The position numbers were made by a program, and so were the translations under genes. Positions 37,425 to 46,169 of a DNA stretch of 64,000 nt are shown here, piece after piece. The DNA is from Candidatus Thorarchaeota archaeon (GTDB taxonomy: Archaea > Asgardarchaeota > Thorarchaeia > Thorarchaeales > Thorarchaeaceae), in the NCBI GenBank assembly GCA_038893995.1, contig JAWAQK010000001.1, positions 32,001 to 96,000 of the forward strand, in the 5' to 3' direction. The first letter of the stretch is position 1; the number at the start of each line of letters is the position of its first letter. A model generated the notes under the pieces. That model saw only the letters and a list, made by a program, of their open reading frames with translations, ran no database searches and was not told where the DNA came from.

Positions 37425-39663
37425 CGTCAGCCTGGATGACGAAAAAGGGGACCTGATCCTGTGGATAAGGGATGAGACAGGGACCAAGGGACTCAGATAT
37501 CGTCGATTCAGACCGTCCCTGTTTGTGAAGACAGACCTGATCGACAGACCGGAGTTTCCGGTCAGAGAACTGATCAGGAGAGTCAGCGAGCATCCCAGAG
37601 TTCTCGGCGTTCGGCTTGTCAAGAGATACCTCTCCGTATATGACGAACATAGGAGCAAAGTACTACAGGTATTCGTCAGAGGAAACTCATTGCAGAGAGT
37701 TGCAGAAGACCTGGAAACATTGCCAGGGGCAATCGTGTTTCATGCAGACCTAGATGCCGTACAGCAGTTCTTCATCGACAGAGAGATCTTTCCCTTCAGT
37801 CTCATCGAGTATGAGACGGATGGCATCGAGTTGTTCGACATCAGGTGCCTCAGCAGGAGGGAGGAGGTAGAATACGAAGTGCCCCCGCTCAGAGAGATAC
37901 AGATTGAGCCATACATGGAAACGAGAGGCCCCTTTCCCAGAATCGAGGATCCAATTCACCACATTCGAGTTAGATTCGACAATCGGACTCTCTACGTGAG
38001 AGGACACAGCGAGAGAGAGACACTGTGTCTGTTTCAGGAGGTAATTGACCGCATAGACCCCGATATCATCATCACACGTGGCGGAGACGATGGAGTGCTA
38101 AGATATCTCAGCATGAGATACAGGGTCAACAACATGGCCCTGAGACTCTCAAGAGACGGAAGGCCGCTCATCATCAATGAGAGAGAACCGTCTTCATTCT
38201 GGCAGTACAATAGGATCGTCTTCAGACCGGGCAATCAGGTCATGCTCAGAGGCAGGATACATATAGATATGGCAGATAGTCTCTACTACGCGCCCTCCAG
38301 GGTGGAGGGGGTGATTGAGGGCTGTAGACTTGCGATGGCACCTCCCCAGAGAGTTGCACGTATGTCCATCGGAAGCGTCAACGCGGCAATGCAGTACTAC
38401 ACCGCAATGAAGAGGGAGATCCTCATTCCCCCAGTCAAGCGCAATCCCGAGTATCTCAAGACAGTGGAGAGGCTCCTCAATCTTGACAGGGGAGGGCTCA
38501 TACTTCAGCCACGTCCAGACATCTATGAAAATGTGGGGGAGTTTGATTTCTCATCGATGTATCCGACAATAATGATCACCAAGAACATCAGCCCTGAAAC
38601 TGTCTGCACACGAACCACCTGTCCCTACGATAAGAAATACTGCATCGATGTTCCAGAACTCGACTACAAGATATGTGGCCGAAAGAGGGGACTTGTGCCC
38701 GAGTCATTAGAGCTAGTGGTCAAGAAGAGAAATCAGCTCAAGAGGCTCATGCTTGACGGAAAGGACGTCAGACGGCATGGAGTCATCCAGAACACCCTCA
38801 AGGGAATACTGGTCTCCTGTTTTGGATACCTCGGATTTAGAAACGCCCGATTTGGCCGTGTTGAGGCGCATGCTGCAGTGACGGCCTTTGCGCGAGACAT
38901 TCTGCTCAGGACGCAGGAGATTGCGGAGGAGAGAGGCCTTGAGTTGGTGCATGGGATCGTCGATTCTCTCTGGGTACACTCGAGAACAGAGTTGGGTCAC
39001 CAAGACCTGTTGGAGTTCGCCAGACAAGTCACCGAGTGCGTCGGCATTGAGATGACGCTGAAGGGAGTCTACAGATGGATGGTCGTGCCATCATCAAGAC
39101 TGCATCCAGTGGTAGCACCCATGAATCGTTACTACGGAGTATATCGGAATGGTTCAATAAAGGTCAGGGGTATTGAGGCCAGACGCAGAGACACTTGTCT
39201 CTACGTGAGGGACTGTCAAAAGGAGATGATCCGGACGCTTGCACATGCACCAGACAGAGATGCTCTTATCCGGGCAATACCCGATGCGAGGGCGGTCTGT
39301 GAGGAATTCATCCGGAAACTGAGGGAGGGAGATGTTGACATTAGAGACCTGGTCCTGCAGTCAAGACTGACACATCATCCGGATGAGTATCATGGTACTA
39401 CAAGAGTGGCGGTGGCAGCCCGCCAGTTAGCAGGCATGGGACGGAGACTCTACCCTGGACAAAGCGTGCGATACATAATGGTGGAGTCCAAGTCAAGGAA
39501 CCCGGCTCGACGGGTGAGGGCCATCGAGCTGGTAGATGAATCCACAAGATATGACCCGGACGCATATTCGGAACTCTGTATCCGTGCCTTCGAGAATCTG
39601 ATACCGGCCCAGTATCTCGACTCATCATCAGAACTGGCTCACTCGGAGACCAGATTGACCTGA
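37390..39663 (+). CDS. Family B DNA polymerase, PolB2/Dpo2 group
   Basis: DFSSMYP, KGILVSCFGYLG, HGIVDSLW (PolB2 variant of YGDTDS), KVRGIEARRRD; degenerate exonuclease. Confidence 0.9.
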   Translation: MPAAKKRGWLLDVSLDDEKGDLILWIRDETGTKGLRYRRFRPSLFVKTDLIDRPEFPVRELIRRVSEHPRVLGVRLVKRYLSVYDEHRSKVLQVFVRGNSLQRVAEDLETLPGAIVFHADLDAVQQFFIDREIFPFSLIEYETDGIELFDIRCLSRREEVEYEVPPLREIQIEPYMETRGPFPRIEDPIHHIRVRFDNRTLYVRGHSERETLCLFQEVIDRIDPDIIITRGGDDGVLRYLSMRYRVNNMALRLSRDGRPLIINEREPSSFWQYNRIVFRPGNQVMLRGRIHIDMADSLYYAPSRVEGVIEGCRLAMAPPQRVARMSIGSVNAAMQYYTAMKREILIPPVKRNPEYLKTVERLLNLDRGGLILQPRPDIYENVGEFDFSSMYPTIMITKNISPETVCTRTTCPYDKKYCIDVPELDYKICGRKRGLVPESLELVVKKRNQLKRLMLDGKDVRRHGVIQNTLKGILVSCFGYLGFRNARFGRVEAHAAVTAFARDILLRTQEIAEERGLELVHGIVDSLWVHSRTELGHQDLLEFARQVTECVGIEMTLKGVYRWMVVPSSRLHPVVAPMNRYYGVYRNGSIKVRGIEARRRDTCLYVRDCQKEMIRTLAHAPDRDALIRAIPDARAVCEEFIRKLREGDVDIRDLVLQSRLTHHPDEYHGTTRVAVAARQLAGMGRRLYPGQSVRYIMVESKSRNPARRVRAIELVDESTRYDPDAYSELCIRAFENLIPAQYLDSSSELAHSETRLT

Positions 39664-40994
39664 GATAGGATCAATGGCCTGAGCTCACGGAGAGGTATTC
39701 CCGTCTCAAGGGAGATCTTACCCACATCATCTGCCTCAGGTTTGATGTTGACAACGCTACCATCTGGGGAACGTGAGACCTTGACACGGACCATGTACTC
39801 CCTCTCGTCAATCCTGACCCTGCATACCATGGACTCTCTGAACGTCTTCAGACGTTGCCAGCTGGTGTAACGGATGCCCAAGGTCCCAAGGTGGTGTATC
39901 ATCAACCTTGCAATTGTCTTCAGTCCGGTCCTAGGAGCCACGACCTGAACTATTGTACACGGACGATTCTTCTTGCCGTAGGCCGGGATCATCACTACAT
40001 CGTAGGCCAGCCCCTCGGATAGGAGAAAGTCGAACAGCTGGCCCATTACTTCGCCGTCCACATCGTCCACTGTGGACTCAATGACTACGACCTCGTCGGT
40101 GTCCCACGCGTCGAGGGGCTCAGTCGTTTCAGGGACCGCCTCCTTAGCGGTCACGGCGGCCGAGACAGGGGCTCCAGTTGCCTTGGCACGGAGACGTGGT
40201 TCGACCTCTGTAGATTCTACGCTCGGCACCTCGATGTCGCCGATGAGTATTCTCATCGTGTTAGGAAGGGTACCAAGGTCCCTTGCGCCAAAACCAACGC
40301 CCTGTCGCTTGATCATGAAACCCTCCAGACTATCGACATAAGACTGTACCAGTGCAGCAATGAGGGCGGCGCCAGTTGGTGTTAGCACCTCGGTCTTTGC
40401 ATCACCAGGGTGATGGGGTATATTGTGCTTTGTCAGGATCTCAACGACCGCTGGCACTGGGACCTGCATCGTGCCATGTTCAGTCACAATCTGGCCACTG
40501 CCAACCGCAACATGCGTAGCCATGAACTTCGCTCGGTCAATCAGACGGGCCCTCTCCAAGAGATACACAGTCCCCAGGATGTCAAGCATCGTGTCAATCG
40601 AGCCAGTCTCATGCAGCTTCAGATTCTCAATCGTGGTACGGTGTGCCTTCATCTCAGCCTCGAGCAATATCTCAAGCGCGGTGCGTGCGATCTTCTTGGC
40701 TGCGGGGGACAACTCGAGTTCCTCGCTGACTGTTGAGAGCATTCCATGCAATGAGCCCGGAGAAAAGCGGACTCCCCTGTCACACGACACGTCAATTCTC
40801 TTGCCCGACCCTGATTCCGAGACCCGTGAGTTGACCCTGACTCGAAGTTGTGGGTCATATATCAGGAGACTTGCAGCCACGGGAACCAACGCCTGGTCCT
40901 CCCCGAGGAGGTCTACCAATGCAGACAGGAACATGTCTCCAGATGCTCCAGCCCTGGAAACATCAAAGAGGACTATACTCTCCGGCAAGCACAC
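39639..40994 (-). CDS. larC: Nickel-pincer cofactor biosynthesis protein LarC
   Basis: GASGDM, HETGSID, HGTMQVPVPA, TPTGAA, ESTVDD, KKNRP, GTLGIR, KPEADD. Confidence 0.9.
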   Translation of the reverse strand: MCLPESIVLFDVSRAGASGDMFLSALVDLLGEDQALVPVAASLLIYDPQLRVRVNSRVSESGSGKRIDVSCDRGVRFSPGSLHGMLSTVSEELELSPAAKKIARTALEILLEAEMKAHRTTIENLKLHETGSIDTMLDILGTVYLLERARLIDRAKFMATHVAVGSGQIVTEHGTMQVPVPAVVEILTKHNIPHHPGDAKTEVLTPTGAALIAALVQSYVDSLEGFMIKRQGVGFGARDLGTLPNTMRILIGDIEVPSVESTEVEPRLRAKATGAPVSAAVTAKEAVPETTEPLDAWDTDEVVVIESTVDDVDGEVMGQLFDFLLSEGLAYDVVMIPAYGKKNRPCTIVQVVAPRTGLKTIARLMIHHLGTLGIRYTSWQRLKTFRESMVCRVRIDEREYMVRVKVSRSPDGSVVNIKPEADDVGKISLETGIPLRELRPLILSQVNLVSE

Positions 40995-41153
40995 ATTGCT
41001 CCTTGGGGTGTGCGGCGGGCGCGCAGTTTCGATGCTAATCGGTCCTAAATAACATTATGACCGGGCCTCGACACTAGGATTGACAGACGCCAAACGATAT
41101 CAGGCATGATGAGATGGTGCCCCTCAGGGAGCCATCACCTGTCTGGCAGTTCC

Positions 41154-41948
41154 TCAGTCATGATGTAATGTCTGCCGATTTCCCCGGCGCCACTGCTCAA
41201 ATATGGCCATGTACATACACTCATCTGGGGGAATCCACATCTCAGAGGAATCGAATGAGCGGTCCACAAACTCAACGGGAGCGTCTCTCACAAGCACTGC
41301 AGGAACGGACTCATCGGACTCTCCCATCACTGCTGTACAGGCAGAGGCGATATTGTCAGCAACGGCCCTCCGAGTGATCCTGAGACGATTCCCGAAGAGG
41401 TCCTGTCGACCCCGATCGTCAGCTACCGGGCGAAATCCGGAGACTCCCAACGCCATGCCTATGTTACCGAGCCGCAGGGGCTGAGTCCGACTGTCAATCA
41501 CCATCACGCCTATGGATTTGCCGAACCGTCTCCGGACCTCCTGCCTGATTCTCTCTGCGCTTCCAGCGGGGTCTCTGGGTAACAGACATGCAAACCCTGG
41601 AGGCACATTCGACTTGTCGATACCAGCATTGGCCATCAGCGTGTTGTCCTTGATCGTGAGGACCACGTGAGGAATCCCGCCCAGGATCTCGTCAGACTCG
41701 CGCAGGATCAGCTCGGCGACGGCCGGCAGGAGATCGTACTTCTTCGCGAGCTCCTCGGCGCGGGGAGATACTGTCACCGTGGATAGTCGAATGACGCATC
41801 CCTCAGTCGTCCCAAGCGGAGTCTCAGCGACAACTAGAATGTCACGATCCTGAAACTCGTACCCCGCCCGGTGCATTCCTTCGGTTATCACGTCAAGAAT
41901 GTTGTCAGTAGGAGTTATGATGCGTGTCCTTATTGGCAAGACCAGCAA
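41154..41948 (-). CDS. cofE: Coenzyme F420-0:L-glutamate ligase
   Basis: ANAGIDKSN, LLPRDP, IDSRTQPLRLG, DLFG, VMGESDE. Confidence 0.9.
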   Translation of the reverse strand: MLVLPIRTRIITPTDNILDVITEGMHRAGYEFQDRDILVVAETPLGTTEGCVIRLSTVTVSPRAEELAKKYDLLPAVAELILRESDEILGGIPHVVLTIKDNTLMANAGIDKSNVPPGFACLLPRDPAGSAERIRQEVRRRFGKSIGVMVIDSRTQPLRLGNIGMALGVSGFRPVADDRGRQDLFGNRLRITRRAVADNIASACTAVMGESDESVPAVLVRDAPVEFVDRSFDSSEMWIPPDECMYMAIFEQWRRGNRQTLHHD

Positions 41949-42108
41949 TCTTGGACCCTCGACTCCGTACGACAGGAATCTCTAGAAAAAGGCACCGTCA
42001 TGCAGGTACTATTGCCGCGCAACTCGTATGCCGACGTGGCTACGCGATCAGGCGGGTTGTGTCAGGGAGGTATGTCTATATCGATGATGCTGCTGGGGGA
42101 GCAACAAC

Positions 42109-43026
42109 ATGTTCGTGTTCAAGAGAGAGCAGACAGTCTTTGACGCAGGAGGTGTCAGGATAGGCGGTCAGCCAGGTGAGAATCCCACAGTCCTCGTTGG
42201 AGGTCTGTTCTTCAAGGGTCAGCCGATAGTTGAGGATGTCAGCAGTGGGAGGTTTGATCAGGCACTGGCTGCTGAATGGATATCGACTGCGATGGGCATG
42301 TCCCAGAGGACTGGGCATCCGCTCATCCTGCAGGTCTATGGCGCCACGCCAGAGGCAATGGAGAGGCATCTACAGTGGGTCACAGAGAAGTTCGATGGCC
42401 CCTTCATGTTTGAGTCTACCAACAGTGATGCAAGGAAGCGAGGTATCACCTACTGCAGTGAAGTCGGACTCGAGAACAGGACCATTTACAACTCGGTCAA
42501 CATGTCCATGAGGGATGACGAGAGAGAAACTCTGAGGAACAGTCCGATACACATGGCGGTCATCCTTGGATGGTCACCCCGGATTGTCTCAATGCTGGAC
42601 AGGATGGAACTGATCAGGTCCACATTGAGTGAGGCGGAGGGCCTGGGAATCGATGTCTTCCTCGTGGATCCAGCCGTGATGCCAGTCGGAGCGGGCTATG
42701 GGAGTGAGTACAGGACCCTGATCTCCATCAAGGCAGAACTTGGACTCCCGACCTGTCTTGGGCCTCACAATGCGGTGTCGTCCTGGAGCTACCTCAGACA
42801 ACACAGTTCCGACAATAGAGACATGTATCTTGCATCAATCGCTGCGTCTGTCGCTGCGGCTCAGGTCTGTGCCGCGGACTGCATAATGTTCGGTTCTCTG
42901 CAGTGGGCGAGGGAGATATTCGCATCAGTGGCACTCGTTCAGAACGCCATAGTGACAGCTGTGGGAGAGGCTGACGAGACACTCGGGCTGAAGCGAGATC
43001 TGTTCGAACCACCAACATGCAGATAG
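42109..43026 (+). CDS. mtrH: MtrH-family pterin:corrinoid methyltransferase (divergent copy)
   Basis: MFVFKREQ..IGGQPGENPTVL, IYNSVN, GLPTCLGPHN. Confidence 0.85.
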   Translation: MFVFKREQTVFDAGGVRIGGQPGENPTVLVGGLFFKGQPIVEDVSSGRFDQALAAEWISTAMGMSQRTGHPLILQVYGATPEAMERHLQWVTEKFDGPFMFESTNSDARKRGITYCSEVGLENRTIYNSVNMSMRDDERETLRNSPIHMAVILGWSPRIVSMLDRMELIRSTLSEAEGLGIDVFLVDPAVMPVGAGYGSEYRTLISIKAELGLPTCLGPHNAVSSWSYLRQHSSDNRDMYLASIAASVAAAQVCAADCIMFGSLQWAREIFASVALVQNAIVTAVGEADETLGLKRDLFEPPTCR

Positions 43027-43039
43027 GGGGTGCTGAGAC

Positions 43040-43732
43040 ATGACCAATTCTGACAAGCGAAAGTGGCCGCCGGTACCAGGTGACTACCGTGTCGGGAATG
43101 CCAGCAGCCCTGTCGCCATCTGCACACTGGGAAAATGGATTGATGTCGATGTCGACTACGCGATTCTTGGCACCTGCAAGACAGAGAACATAGGAATTGA
43201 ACGGATCATCGTAAATACCATATCAAATCCTCACATCCGATTCTTCATTCTTGCAGGCCCCGAGGTCCCAGGACACAGGACCGGTGCCTCGATAAGAGCC
43301 CTGTTTCAGAACGGGGTCGATCCCAGAGACCGCAGAATAGTAGGAGCCGAGGGCGCAATACCCTACATCGAGAACATTCCACTCGAGGCAATCGAACGTT
43401 TCCGGAGGCAGCTTACGCTCTGCGACATGTTAGATGTGGTAGAACCCGAGAGAATCAGGGCGGCGGCAGTGGCCCTTATCTCAAGACCAGTGGAACCTCT
43501 CGCAGAGGAACCGATGTGGGTTGACTTTGGGTCAGGCAAGCGAAGTACGCAGCATGCGATGCAGGCAGGGAGTGTCTCTTTAGTCCCCGAGTTAGGACTG
43601 GTCCTGGATCCGCGCATATCCATGGTATCCAGACAGAGCCGAAGTGCAACGGTGACCCAGCATCCGTCACCAGCGGGCGTGGAGATTCAGACTAGGGATG
43701 GGGGAACACTACTGATGGCAAGGGGGTATTGA
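43040..43732 (+). CDS. mtrA: Soluble MtrA-family corrinoid protein without membrane anchor
   Basis: WPPVPGDY, CKTENIGIERII, SNPHIRF, EVPGH (Co-ligating His), GAIPYIEN; no TM helix. Confidence 0.9.
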   Translation: MTNSDKRKWPPVPGDYRVGNASSPVAICTLGKWIDVDVDYAILGTCKTENIGIERIIVNTISNPHIRFFILAGPEVPGHRTGASIRALFQNGVDPRDRRIVGAEGAIPYIENIPLEAIERFRRQLTLCDMLDVVEPERIRAAAVALISRPVEPLAEEPMWVDFGSGKRSTQHAMQAGSVSLVPELGLVLDPRISMVSRQSRSATVTQHPSPAGVEIQTRDGGTLLMARGY

Positions 43733-43735
43733 GAG

Positions 43736-44671
43736 TTGTTTGTGTTCGAGAGAGAACAATACATCTACAACATCGGAGGCGTCAGGATAGGGGGCAACCC
43801 GGGCGAGAGAGCGACTGTACTGGCTGGCACCATATTCTATTCGGGAGACAAGACTGTCAGCGACCCCAGTGCGGGTGTGTTCGACAGGACCGCGGCCGAG
43901 ACACAGATCCGGAACCAGGATGCGATCTCAGAGACTACGGGAAATCCTGCACTGGTACAGGTATTCGCAGAGTCGGAGAGCGCCATGACGAGGTATATCG
44001 ACTTCGTGACCGAGATGACAGACGCTCCGTTCCTCATTGACTCCACGGATCCGAAGGTCCGGATAGCCGGTCTCAGACACGCAGAAGAGGTGGGAGTCAT
44101 AGGTCGGGCCATCTACAACTCGCTCAATGTCAGCATCAACACAGAAGAGTTGCAGACTCTCTCCGAACTGAGACCAGAGGCCGCGATCATATTGGCTTTC
44201 AATCCTGCCGACACGTCAATTGCTGGAAGACGTGCAGTGCTAGAGGAACCGTATGCTGAGTATGGCGAGGGTCTGCTATCACTTGCCAAGAGGGTCGGAA
44301 TAACAAAGCCCCTCGTCGATACCGCAACTACTGCTATGGGCGCAGGAGCAGGTCCATCTGTGTCTTTCGTGTTCGTGGCCAAGAGCGTCTATGGTCACCC
44401 AACAGGATCTGGAATCCACAACGCTCCATCATCGTGGCCATGGCTGAGAGCGCACAAGAAGGTCAACCGTGCGGCCTTTGAGGCATGTGATGTCGCATCG
44501 GCACTGCTCGTACATTCTATGGGGGCGGACTTCATCTTGTACGGGCCCATCGTGAATGCAGACAGGGTCTTTCCTGTGGTGGCCATGGCTGATGTCCTGG
44601 CCGCAGAGTCTCTGTCTACGGAGTTTGGTCTGGGGCCACCTGAGAATCACCCATTCCGAAGGCTCCTATGA
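43736..44671 (+). CDS. mtrH: MtrH-family pterin:corrinoid methyltransferase (canonical-like copy)
   Basis: PFLIDST, IYNSLN, GSGIHNAPSSW, DFILYGPI. Confidence 0.92.
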   Translation: MFVFEREQYIYNIGGVRIGGNPGERATVLAGTIFYSGDKTVSDPSAGVFDRTAAETQIRNQDAISETTGNPALVQVFAESESAMTRYIDFVTEMTDAPFLIDSTDPKVRIAGLRHAEEVGVIGRAIYNSLNVSINTEELQTLSELRPEAAIILAFNPADTSIAGRRAVLEEPYAEYGEGLLSLAKRVGITKPLVDTATTAMGAGAGPSVSFVFVAKSVYGHPTGSGIHNAPSSWPWLRAHKKVNRAAFEACDVASALLVHSMGADFILYGPIVNADRVFPVVAMADVLAAESLSTEFGLGPPENHPFRRLL

Positions 44672-44693
44672 CAGATGTCGAGGAATCCGGTCA

Positions 44694-46130
44694 ATGAGGT
44701 ACAGGATCATTCACCCGCGCGGCATAAGCATGCTCTCGGTCAGGCTGGGCTCCTTCTTCACTGTTGCGTCGGTTGAACTCGGCAATACCACGACCAAGTG
44801 TATCGTGGTCACCACTAATCTGAAGACGGCCGAGGTATTTGAGATTGGGAAGGAGGTGCGGATGACGCGTGACATCAGATTACCATGGGACGGGGAGACA
44901 CCATTTGGGCATACAATCACCCGCAGGCCTCTCACGAGAGAGGCTGTATCGGAGATGGTGAGTGACATCCTGACAACAACGGTGAAGCGCAATGGTATGG
45001 ATATGAAGACTGATCTTGACTTCGTCGTACGCTCTACAGGCGTTACGGCGGGATTCGCACATCCTGATGAAGTAGATGGGATGATCAGAGCGCTTGCAGA
45101 CGGTTGTCTGAATGCGGGCGTGCCACCTGGAAAGATGATGGCCGCAATGTCAGTAATCAACCTCAACCCACGATTGCGCTCCCACAGCTGGTTGAACAAG
45201 GTGCACTTCGATGGTGCAGTTGCGAGCTGTCTTCCACCGGCAGGCAGACAGGTGGTGGCAAATGAGATGGAGGGCGAGCTTGTCACTGCCGGAATAAAGG
45301 GGGCCGCCAAGGGTACGGGTATTGACTTCCGCAATCCAGTCGCCACGATGGACTTTGGAACGACCCTCGCAGGGAGAATCACAGACGACTCCTATCCGTA
45401 CGCAAACACAGTGGCCTCCTTTGTTGGCCTTGCAGGAGCCATTCCTGACGCCGTTGTGAGAGGGACCGGTTTCGTAGACAGGAACGAGGGATGCACCATC
45501 GACCTCACCTTACCGCACAAGAGAGAGGAGATAGAGGAATCGTCTTCGTGGTTGGAGGAGGCCAGCAGGATCATTACGGTCGATAGGGTGCCCAGGGGAG
45601 TGGAGAGGTTCGGGACTGTACCCGTAGACATGAGGGCTGCAGAGGAGGCAGACCTGACCTTGCTCGGAGTCGATGTGGGGTGCAATGGATCTAGACTAGC
45701 TGATCTTGGTGAGATAGGACTCAGCATTGTTCAGGAGAAGGGCCCAGAAATCTTGCACTCATTTCTTGATCATCTTCAGGCACGCATAGTCCACAGACTG
45801 ATAGAACTCGCTGAGTCAGAGGGACTGGTCAACGGACGCACATCGATAGGCCTCACAGGACGGGCGATAACAACTGGAATGAAACCTGAGCTGATCAGCA
45901 GCTGGCTGGAACGGTCTGGCGTATTGCCCCAGAGAGAGCAGGACATCGTAGTCTTTGTAGAAGATGGCCTCGCATTTGGCGCAGCTGTGGCCGCCAGGTG
46001 CATGAACTCACTGGGAACGCCTCATGAGCCAATGGGAGGACGTAGGGGAGACAGATGCATAATGGGGGCGCGCATGGCAATCCAGTCAGGCAGGGCTGGG
46101 GAGGTCAGGAGGAACTCGGCAGACAACTGA
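44694..46130 (+). CDS. Methanogenesis marker protein 14 (DUF2114, ASKHA-fold)
   Basis: VASVELGNTTTKCI, RMTRDIR, VVRSTGVTAG, ANEMEGELVTAGIK, DFGTTLAG, GLTGRA, EDGLAFGAAVAARCMNSLG. Confidence 0.85.
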   Translation: MRYRIIHPRGISMLSVRLGSFFTVASVELGNTTTKCIVVTTNLKTAEVFEIGKEVRMTRDIRLPWDGETPFGHTITRRPLTREAVSEMVSDILTTTVKRNGMDMKTDLDFVVRSTGVTAGFAHPDEVDGMIRALADGCLNAGVPPGKMMAAMSVINLNPRLRSHSWLNKVHFDGAVASCLPPAGRQVVANEMEGELVTAGIKGAAKGTGIDFRNPVATMDFGTTLAGRITDDSYPYANTVASFVGLAGAIPDAVVRGTGFVDRNEGCTIDLTLPHKREEIEESSSWLEEASRIITVDRVPRGVERFGTVPVDMRAAEEADLTLLGVDVGCNGSRLADLGEIGLSIVQEKGPEILHSFLDHLQARIVHRLIELAESEGLVNGRTSIGLTGRAITTGMKPELISSWLERSGVLPQREQDIVVFVEDGLAFGAAVAARCMNSLGTPHEPMGGRRGDRCIMGARMAIQSGRAGEVRRNSADN

Positions 46131-46169
46131 ACAAGTGCCGAAAAGTGCAGGCCCCTCTCCGGGATCATT

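Noticed and set aside
42109-46130. Evidence of methanogenesis
   Set aside because: No mcr or mtrCDE in the window; MtrA/H and marker 14 alone do not imply methane metabolism
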